A stretch of 64,000 nucleotides of DNA from IMG/VR virus record IMGVR_UViG_3300029305_004950, positions 61,430-125,429 of that record; one strand, given 5' to 3'. Positions 37,172 through 44,510 of this stretch are shown one piece after another. The notes beneath the pieces were generated by a model that saw only the letters and a list, made by a program, of their open reading frames with translations, was not told the origin of the DNA and did no database searches. The DNA is from a virus. Lineage: Duplodnaviria; Heunggongvirae; Uroviricota; Caudoviricetes. How positions within the stretch are numbered: position 1 is the stretch's first letter; the number at the start of each line of letters is the position of its first letter. Position numbers and translations under genes: made by a program.

Positions 37172-37588
37172 TTACTTATTCATCTTAGCTTCTAGTTCAG
37201 CCATTTCAGCCTGATACTTAATCTTTTCTCTCTTAGCATTCTCAGAGATAGCCATTAGAATCAGATCATTGATCTGAATAAAATCACTGCAAGTTTCATA
37301 GTCATTGTCATTCTTAAAGTTCTTCTGACTGTAATCAGTTACATTAGGCTCAATACACCAGAACTTACCTACCACATTACTATAACAAGGAATAATTTTA
37401 CAGAATCTAATCTGAGGCATATTTCTCTGTAGCTGTGCTGCATAAATGATAGCAGCATCTTCACTATAGAATACTAGATGTCTTCCTTCTTCGTCTACTA
37501 GATTATTAACTGCCTTAGATAGATAATCCTGTAGTTCCTCATCAGACATTGTAGTAATGCTTTCAATTGTTAGTTCTTCGTAATTCAT
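37172..37588 (-). CDS. hypothetical protein with high-expression-type codon usage
   Basis: AAGGAGTG RBS; AAG/CAG/TTC codons frequent. Confidence 0.8.
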   Translation of the reverse strand: MNYEELTIESITTMSDEELQDYLSKAVNNLVDEEGRHLVFYSEDAAIIYAAQLQRNMPQIRFCKIIPCYSNVVGKFWCIEPNVTDYSQKNFKNDNDYETCSDFIQINDLILMAISENAKREKIKYQAEMAELEAKMNK

Positions 37589-37606
37589 AGTTATATAACA
37601 CTCCTT

Positions 37607-37786
37607 TTATCTAAACTTTTTACAAGTATTCTTTGCCTTATTTTTATATCTAGAGCAGAAACCATCATCATTATCATCACAATCATAATTTCTACATTTC
37701 TCATATTGACTGGACTTATGTTTATTGTTCTTAGTAAAGGTATACTCTTCTTCATAAAATGAATCTTGCTTTCTAGACTTTCCCAT
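37607..37786 (-). CDS. 59-aa Cys-containing protein, not in ORF track
   Basis: AGGAAG RBS; MGKSRKQDSFYEEE...C..C...C...C. Confidence 0.6.
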   Translation of the reverse strand: MGKSRKQDSFYEEEYTFTKNNKHKSSQYEKCRNYDCDDNDDGFCSRYKNKAKNTCKKFR

Positions 37787-37813
37787 TTACGCTTCTTCCT
37801 TTTCTTTTGTATT

Positions 37814-38578
37814 TTAGATTAAAATAGAAATTAGTGGTACAATAAAATTGATATAGTTGTAAGATATATCAATCTGGTCTAAAAATTCTTCTGCTATTTC
37901 ATCTAAGTATAGAACATATCGTGCATATCGTTCTAACAACTTAAATGAATTATTTGGATTAATTTCTCTATAGTATTCTACAGGTAGTTTTCTCTCCAAA
38001 TACTCAATACGTAACTTTTGTAAATTTCTAAAAATTAGTTGTCTATTAGATTTTTCATTTAGTTTTATGATGTTACAAATATGTTTTAATAATGGATGTT
38101 CTTTATCTGTAGCACCTTTGATATCAAAATTATCATTCCAAACTGAATAATAGAATTCTAGTTTATTCAAATAACAATAAGAACTATATCTATTTTTCAT
38201 AGAAAATTCAATGTTATCACCTATTTTAAGATTTTTACATTGTTTCTTTATGATAAACATAGCATCTTTTTTAATAGATAAGATATCTTCATTTTCTATT
38301 TCATTTAGCTCACAAAATTCTAGTCTAGCCTTTCTAAAAGCATTCATCATATTATCAGCTAGTTTTTTGTTATCTCTTTGTAACTTACCAATTTCAATAG
38401 TTCTTTCTTGTTTAGTAAAGTTCTGTTCTAGATAATCAATCTTAGATTGTTTTAATAAACCATATTCTTTAATTAGATTAAAACCAGCTTCTCGCATATC
38501 ATACTCACGAATTATAGATTTCATTAATCCTATATCACTATTTGTATAGATATGCTGATTTGCTAAAGTTGCAGACAT
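37814..38578 (-). CDS. putative minimal family-B-like DNA polymerase palm/thumb protein
   Basis: EYDMREA, SIKKDAMF, KNRY, FDIKG in PolB motif order; no exonuclease domain. Confidence 0.45.
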   Translation of the reverse strand: MSATLANQHIYTNSDIGLMKSIIREYDMREAGFNLIKEYGLLKQSKIDYLEQNFTKQERTIEIGKLQRDNKKLADNMMNAFRKARLEFCELNEIENEDILSIKKDAMFIIKKQCKNLKIGDNIEFSMKNRYSSYCYLNKLEFYYSVWNDNFDIKGATDKEHPLLKHICNIIKLNEKSNRQLIFRNLQKLRIEYLERKLPVEYYREINPNNSFKLLERYARYVLYLDEIAEEFLDQIDISYNYINFIVPLISILI

Positions 38579-38580
38579 GA

Positions 38581-38808
38581 TTAAATACCAAGATTTTTCT
38601 GAGGGTCATCTAGTGGTGCATGTAATGCTTTGACAATCTTAGTTGCACATTCTTCACAAAATTCTAGATTATCAAGATTATCCTTAGTCATATTATCTAC
38701 TTCCACAATTCTAGGAGATACAGACATTCTATAACTAATACGATATACTTTAGCTTCTTTAAAATCGATTTCAGCTCCACATCTATCACATCTATGAAAT
38801 ACTGCCAT
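38581..38808 (-). CDS. small zinc-finger protein
   Basis: CDRCG ... CEEC. Confidence 0.75.
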   Translation of the reverse strand: MAVFHRCDRCGAEIDFKEAKVYRISYRMSVSPRIVEVDNMTKDNLDNLEFCEECATKIVKALHAPLDDPQKNLGI

Positions 38809-38826
38809 ATTAATTTCTTCCTTTCT

Positions 38827-39489
38827 TTAGTCAGCAAATGTTATAATGTCTGGAATTTCTACAAATTTACCATAGTCTTCATAACGATATATGGTAGAAT
38901 AAATACATTCATTTTTATACTTTTCAAATACATTATATAGTTCTTTTCTTTCTTTTTCTAAAAATTCTTTATCTCTATTGATTCTCTTACCTTCTTTGGT
39001 AATATTCTCGTCTGTAATATCAAATAGAATCATCATTGGAATTATGAAAAGTTTTTCATCATTGATTAATTCAAATAAATCATCAATAGCGTCATAACTA
39101 GCAATTACTGTATTAATTTTACCTTTTTCAAATACAGGAATTGTACCATATTGATTCTCACCAAAGTTATCTAGTCTAGCAATTAAAGAATCATGCATAT
39201 AGTCATAGATTTCTTTATTTACAAAATAATAACCATTATCTGATTTTCCTCTACGAGATCTAGTTGTAATCTGAGGTAATTTAGAAAAATACTTTGGATA
39301 GTATTCAACTAGACATTTTTCAAAATAAGACTTACCACTTCCAGAACATCCTGCTATAATAAGAAGATAGTTAGGCTCTTTGTTAGTTACTTTACGAGTA
39401 ACTGTATCTAATAATTCATTATGATATGTGTGTTTATAGAAGATATTGGTATTAAGTATTTTACTTACATTCAACTTTTCTTCGATCAT
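38827..39489 (-). CDS. gmk: guanylate kinase-like protein
   Basis: AGCSGSGKS; LPQITTRSRR; YYFV; YGT. Confidence 0.8.
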   Translation of the reverse strand: MIEEKLNVSKILNTNIFYKHTYHNELLDTVTRKVTNKEPNYLLIIAGCSGSGKSYFEKCLVEYYPKYFSKLPQITTRSRRGKSDNGYYFVNKEIYDYMHDSLIARLDNFGENQYGTIPVFEKGKINTVIASYDAIDDLFELINDEKLFIIPMMILFDITDENITKEGKRINRDKEFLEKERKELYNVFEKYKNECIYSTIYRYEDYGKFVEIPDIITFAD

Positions 39490-40312
39490 TATTCTCACCC
39501 TTTCCTTTATACTTATTTTTAATTTCTTTTTTATATCTTTTATTTTCTAGTTTGATTTCCTTATAAGTATCTAATTTTAACTCATGAATCTTTTCTTTTA
39601 TAGCTTTTTTACATAGCCTATCACAAGTATTATTAAGTATTGTTGCTAAACTACTATTCATTTTTATTTGAGTATGTCCTTTTACCCATCCGCTATAAAG
39701 ATCTAGAAAAATCAAATAATAGTTTAATTCATTCAATAATTCTCTCATCAATTCAGAATAATATAATGAGTTTGCATTTACTGTACATTTTTTAGCTACT
39801 AGTTTTATTACTTTAGGTTGTATAATGTATTCTTGTAAATTCTGAGAATCACTACTAACTATGATTTTAGATCTTTTTAATGCTATTTTATTTTCCTTTT
39901 CATTCAAATATCTTAATCCAATTAGTAATGCTAAAATTTCAACAGTATTATTATCTAAAAACTGTTCATAAACTTTAGTTGTTCTAAAAATTTCATTATC
40001 ATTTTTATAAACGATAGTAGTTAAAGCTGATAATTTTACAGTTTGTTCTTCTTCATTTCCATAATTATATACTGCACCATCACAGTATATTGTATAGATG
40101 TCTCCATTAAATGCAGTTTTATTTTCCTTTACTATTTTAAAAAGATTAGATTTTTCCAATCGTAATTTATCAGAGTTAGTTAATAGACAATCATACCTAA
40201 TAAATTCTTTATTAGTTTCTTTTCTACGAATATTGTAACCGTGGTTTTCAAATCTTATACTATTTGTTGTTTTATCTAACATTTTAATTACATTACATTC
40301 ATAAAAATCCAT
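39461..40312 (-). CDS. rnhA: ribonuclease HI, paralog 2
   Basis: YCDGA, NNTVE, SDSQ, WVKGH, N..CDRL. Confidence 0.8.
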   Translation of the reverse strand: MDFYECNVIKMLDKTTNSIRFENHGYNIRRKETNKEFIRYDCLLTNSDKLRLEKSNLFKIVKENKTAFNGDIYTIYCDGAVYNYGNEEEQTVKLSALTTIVYKNDNEIFRTTKVYEQFLDNNTVEILALLIGLRYLNEKENKIALKRSKIIVSSDSQNLQEYIIQPKVIKLVAKKCTVNANSLYYSELMRELLNELNYYLIFLDLYSGWVKGHTQIKMNSSLATILNNTCDRLCKKAIKEKIHELKLDTYKEIKLENKRYKKEIKNKYKGKGENNDRRKVECK

Positions 40313-40329
40313 TACAATTATTAATCACC

Positions 40330-41064
40330 TTACTTTCTAATTGGTAATCCATTTTCTAGTAAAAGTTCATTGATTGCTTCATTACATAAAAGGTCACATT
40401 GTACATTCATCTTATTCCATAAAGTATCTCTATCATCTTCATGACCTCTAACCCAACAAGTTAAAATTTCAAATTCTGGATTATGAAGATAGTTGTTAAA
40501 ATCTTGTAATAACTCTTTATTAGATACAGGTTTACCTTCATTATTCTTCCAACCACGTTTGATATATCCAATCATCCATTCATTGATACTCTTAATAAAG
40601 TACTGAGAATCAGAAACAAGAATTACAAATTTCTTTTCATCATTAAATCCTTGATTTAGATAATCTAGACCATTTAATCCAGCTCTTAATTCACAATAGT
40701 TATTAGTAATATCTTCTTTAGCATCACTATAACGATGAATCTCTTTATTGTTTTTAGTAATGATAGTAGCCATACTTCCAAATACTGGTTTATTAGGGTC
40801 TTTCTTACCATTATTGTAACTGCCACCATCAGAGAAAATCATGTAAACATCTTCGTTATAAACTTCATCTTCACCTTTTAGAACTTTAAGATTTTCAGGT
40901 AATTCATCTAAGAGATGAATGTTTTCTGTATAGAAAAAGCAATCTTTGTAAGTGGTCTTTTGGGTTTGTTTGTTATAAGTTTTTGACTTAAAAGGTACGT
41001 TATGTTCTTCTAACCAAATATCCTTTGGATTAGAATTTTCAATAAGTAATTTAAAGAATTTCAT
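40330..41064 (-). CDS. rnhA: ribonuclease HI, paralog 1
   Basis: FSDGG, TNNYCEL, SDSQY, N.ELL, WVRGH, N..CDLL. Confidence 0.9.
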   Translation of the reverse strand: MKFFKLLIENSNPKDIWLEEHNVPFKSKTYNKQTQKTTYKDCFFYTENIHLLDELPENLKVLKGEDEVYNEDVYMIFSDGGSYNNGKKDPNKPVFGSMATIITKNNKEIHRYSDAKEDITNNYCELRAGLNGLDYLNQGFNDEKKFVILVSDSQYFIKSINEWMIGYIKRGWKNNEGKPVSNKELLQDFNNYLHNPEFEILTCWVRGHEDDRDTLWNKMNVQCDLLCNEAINELLLENGLPIRK

Positions 41065-41336
41065 ACTTTATTTAATCTCCTTTTTTCATCATAGATAGTA
41101 TTAATTAACTCACGTTTAGTATTTATAATTCCACTAGAAATTTCAAAATATAGTTTTTTAATTTCGTTTTCATGTATACTCTTACAAATTGGTTTATCAT
41201 TTTCATACAAAAATGTTGTTATAAGTTTTTTCTTGATATAAAAACTAGATGGATTTAGTATTACAATCTTCTTTAAAGATAATTCTTCTATTTCTAGATT
41301 TACAAGATCTACTAATTGAGTTAGATCTGTTGGCAT
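41061..41336 (-). CDS. small protein with C-terminal IKKLYFEISSGII motif
   Basis: paralog of 41355 ORF; AAGGAG RBS. Confidence 0.7.
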   Translation of the reverse strand: MPTDLTQLVDLVNLEIEELSLKKIVILNPSSFYIKKKLITTFLYENDKPICKSIHENEIKKLYFEISSGIINTKRELINTIYDEKRRLNKV

Positions 41337-41354
41337 TATTAGTATTTTCTCCTT

Positions 41355-41606
41355 TCATTTCCATTTTAGTCCTCTATTAATTAAAACTCTATCTAGTTCA
41401 ATTCTGTCTTTAATTATTCCAGTACTTATTTCAAAATGTATTTTTCTAATTATATATCTATTATTACTGGAACATACTACAACTACTCCATTATCATCTA
41501 ATCTACATAGGTAATACTTAGTAAATTTCTTTTTAATAAAGAATTTTTTAGGATCAAATTTAGGTTCTTTATTAAATCTTTCCATAAAATCACAGATCGT
41601 TACCAT
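41355..41606 (-). CDS. small protein with C-terminal IRKIHFEISTGII motif
   Basis: paralog of 41061 ORF. Confidence 0.7.
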   Translation of the reverse strand: MVTICDFMERFNKEPKFDPKKFFIKKKFTKYYLCRLDDNGVVVVCSSNNRYIIRKIHFEISTGIIKDRIELDRVLINRGLKWK

Positions 41607-41639
41607 AAAAATTTTCCTTTCATTAATTTATTACTAATG

Positions 41640-41651
41640 TTATAATATAAA
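41640..41651 (-). promoter_or_regulatory. early promoter-like motif TTTATATTATAA
   Basis: heads the RNase H/gmk operon. Confidence 0.5.
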
Positions 41652-41666
41652 TTTATAAGAAAAATT

Positions 41667-41705
41667 AAAAATCTTCCCTTAACTCCTTTCTAAGAGTTAA
41701 GGGAA
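41667..41705 (-). terminator. intrinsic terminator
   Basis: TTCCCTTAACTC/GAGTTAAGGGAA. Confidence 0.8.
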
Positions 41706-41717
41706 ATATATATAAAA

Positions 41718-41830
41718 ATAAAAATGAATATAAAGAAAGTGAAATAAATGTCATAAAAGAAGGTGTTACATAACTAAATGAGGAAAAAGTTAAAAATGTG
41801 CTATTAGGGGAATTTTATATTCATTTTTAT
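41718..41830. repeat. 17-bp perfect inverted repeat with 79-nt spacer
   Basis: ATAAAAATGAATATAAA (41718-41734) and TTTATATTCATTTTTAT (41814-41830). Confidence 0.7.
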
Positions 41831-41852
41831 CAACGAAAAAGATGCCTAAAAA

Positions 41853-42560
41853 TTAGGCAAGCTTTAGTTCATTATCTTGAGAAATGATAGTTTTTGCTTC
41901 TAGCTGATTTTCCATAATGATTTGCTGGAATTTTTTCTTTAGTATATAATTGTTTGATTGGAGTGCATTTTTTTCTGATAGTTTATTTAATGTATCTAAA
42001 GCATCAAATAGTTCTTGAGAAATATAGTCATTATAATCTTCAATGAATTTCTTTACATTACCATAAACTAAATTGAAATTAATGAAAAGTTCTCCACTAT
42101 GAGCTAATTCATGAACAGTTTTAGTCAGAGGAACTAAACCTATCATATTTTCATAGTGAATTCTCATTACTTCATTTGCTACTTCAAATGTATTAGTAGG
42201 ATGAGAATAGAAGTCAGTTTGTTTCTTTAGAACAGTATCTACTATTTCATATAAATTGAAAGGATAATGATGGAATTCAATAGAAACACCCTTCATATCT
42301 TTTCCATCTACATTAGATAGGAATTTACAAGCAGTTAAATCTTGTTCTTCTTTTAAATACTTAATATATCCTCTATATTCTATAGAACTACGAACAATAC
42401 TTTCTATAGATTTAATATATTTCTTTAATTTTTTCTCATCTTCAAATTCATAAAAATGGTAAGAAAATGTATCAGGTGTGCCAACATCAATTTCTACTAT
42501 CTCTATATCATTCTTTTTTAATTTTTCTTTTGTAGTAGCAAGATTATTAGGAAGCTTCAT
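41853..42560 (-). CDS. HNH-like protein, paralog of 31809 ORF
   Basis: CKFL..IEFHHYPF ... LVPLTKTVHELAH. Confidence 0.5.
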   Translation of the reverse strand: MKLPNNLATTKEKLKKNDIEIVEIDVGTPDTFSYHFYEFEDEKKLKKYIKSIESIVRSSIEYRGYIKYLKEEQDLTACKFLSNVDGKDMKGVSIEFHHYPFNLYEIVDTVLKKQTDFYSHPTNTFEVANEVMRIHYENMIGLVPLTKTVHELAHSGELFINFNLVYGNVKKFIEDYNDYISQELFDALDTLNKLSEKNALQSNNYILKKKFQQIIMENQLEAKTIISQDNELKLA

Positions 42561-42596
42561 ATTATATCACCAACTTTTTTATAAAAAATTTAATCT

Positions 42597-43121
42597 TTAT
42601 TTATTTGTTGGTTGATTTTCATCTATATCAGTTCTTTTAAATGTAATGTCTCTATTTTCAATTGCGGATCGCACAAACTTTTTAAGTTTGTTATTATTTA
42701 ATTCTGTTATTGTACTTGTTATCTGATTTAGAACTAGCTCAATAATAAATTCTTTTAATGAATCTAATGTAAAGTATTTTAGTAAGAGTTTTATATATTC
42801 ATCTGATAAAGAATTAAGCACTGAATCAACAATGGTGTATACTGCTTCTTCTTGATCTTCACCTTTTAAGAACTTAGTATCACTTAATTCTGTAGAAGGA
42901 TTTAAAATAAGATCTTTATAAACTTTACATTTAAATCCTACAATATATGTTAGAAAAGCTATATCATCATCAAACCTATATGTAGTTTGAAGTTTCATAT
43001 TTTGTAATTGACCTGATAAAGCACCTAATGAATTTTTAGTTTTTTTAAGTTTAAAAAATAGAATTAAACTTAAAACTATAAAAATACCTAACAAGGAGCT
43101 TAAGATTATTGTTAGTATCAT
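42597..43121 (-). CDS. membrane-anchored hypothetical protein
   Basis: N-terminal hydrophobic helix. Confidence 0.75.
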   Translation of the reverse strand: MILTIILSSLLGIFIVLSLILFFKLKKTKNSLGALSGQLQNMKLQTTYRFDDDIAFLTYIVGFKCKVYKDLILNPSTELSDTKFLKGEDQEEAVYTIVDSVLNSLSDEYIKLLLKYFTLDSLKEFIIELVLNQITSTITELNNNKLKKFVRSAIENRDITFKRTDIDENQPTNK

Positions 43122-43277
43122 ATAATAAAATTCCTTTCTATTAAAGTATTTATTAATAATAAGTTTTTATTAGTTTAATATATTAAAAATCTATTTTTAG
43201 TTATAATCTAATAATTTTAATAAAACAAAGAATTAGCATTAAAGAGTCCTATATATAATGAAAAGAGGTACTTTATT

Positions 43278-43865
43278 ATGATATATTGGAGTCCACATCC
43301 TATTTGTGGTGATTTACCTATAATTCGTAAAGATGAAATTACAGAATTTGCAATTGATTGTCTTATAAATGACGTAGATACTGAACAATCAACTGGTGAA
43401 ATTAATGGAAATATCAACAATAAGCTAAGAAAAATTATAGATGACCACATTCATGATTTACAATATATTTCAGAAGCATTTTATCAAGAAACGTTATATG
43501 AAAATTTTGAAAAAGATATTTGGGAACTTTATAAATATGAAATAATTCATCAATATATGGATAATGAAAATTATTCTTTTATAATTCCATTTTATTTTAT
43601 AATTTTTGATATAAGAGTTAAAAAAGAATATATACCTTACTTAATAGAAATGTTAAGAGATGGTAATGCAGCTGAAAGAGATTATGATAGTTGGGATACT
43701 ATAGATACATATCATCCTATGTATTATGTAACTTTAGTTAAAAATTATAGTTCACAACTATTCGATGAAAAAAATCATGAATTAAATGAACATTTTGTAG
43801 AAAAACATTCCGAAATAAAAAATGTTTATCCTACAGATATAATTGAAGCAGTTTTTCAATTTTAA
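43278..43865 (+). CDS. acidic hypothetical protein
   Basis: GAGGT RBS, 195 aa, weak early motif at 43250. Confidence 0.75.
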   Translation: MIYWSPHPICGDLPIIRKDEITEFAIDCLINDVDTEQSTGEINGNINNKLRKIIDDHIHDLQYISEAFYQETLYENFEKDIWELYKYEIIHQYMDNENYSFIIPFYFIIFDIRVKKEYIPYLIEMLRDGNAAERDYDSWDTIDTYHPMYYVTLVKNYSSQLFDEKNHELNEHFVEKHSEIKNVYPTDIIEAVFQF

Positions 43866-43867
43866 AT

Positions 43868-43905
43868 AAAAGAGATATAGGATAAAAATCCTATATCTCT
43901 TTTAT
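43868..43905. terminator. bidirectional terminator
   Basis: AAAAGAGATATAGGAT/ATCCTATATCTCTTTT. Confidence 0.9.
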
Positions 43906-43912
43906 AATTTAA

Positions 43913-44362
43913 TTAACTATTTTCTTCAGTTGTATTTGTAATAACAGCAGTAGTTAGTACTTTATCAACAGTATCAGAAATAACTTTTTCTAAATCTATT
44001 TCTGTAGTAGCTTTATATTTGTTTAAGGTAATACCATCTAGCTCTTGGAAAATAGACTGAATTAGATTACTAATTTGTTCATCAGTAACAGGGATTTTCT
44101 TTTTATTAGCATAATCTATTAGTTTATCAGTAACCCATTTCTTTTTCTGAGAACCATTTAATAATTCATCTTTCATTGTTTCAGCAGCTTGCATTAAATC
44201 TTTACACTGTTTTTTGAATTTTTCATCTTTGATTAAATCAATTTTTTCATTTAAATAATTAACACCTTTTTTGATTAGATTTACTATAAACGTTACTAGA
44301 ACACCTACTACTGCAACTAATAAAGCATACAGAGCATCATTAAGAATTGAACTAAAACTCAT
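43913..44362 (-). CDS. LL-H-type phage holin (start revised to 44362)
   Basis: single N-terminal TM, then AAE..G..KKKWV..L pattern; late promoter. Confidence 0.7.
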   Translation of the reverse strand: MSFSSILNDALYALLVAVVGVLVTFIVNLIKKGVNYLNEKIDLIKDEKFKKQCKDLMQAAETMKDELLNGSQKKKWVTDKLIDYANKKKIPVTDEQISNLIQSIFQELDGITLNKYKATTEIDLEKVISDTVDKVLTTAVITNTTEENS

Positions 44363-44416
44363 ATATATCCCTTCTTTCAAGATTTTTATTTGTATTTAAA
44401 ATCATAATCGTTTATA

Positions 44417-44466
44417 TATAATTTTGTTCTTCTTAACAAAAAATTATAAGAAAAAACAAAAGCATA
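44417..44466. promoter_or_regulatory. divergent late promoter cluster (minus 44417-44428; plus 44435-44446 and 44455-44466)
   Basis: three AACA-N6-TA matches. Confidence 0.6.
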
Positions 44467-44510
44467 ATTGTTTTTATATAAATGAAAAAATAAAGGAGGT
44501 TTATATAAGA

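Noticed and set aside
31809-42560. HNH-like genes as homing endonucleases of the rpoC intron
   Set aside because: They lie 26-37 kb from the intron, form a conserved paralog pair, and one sits under a late promoter; no link is visible
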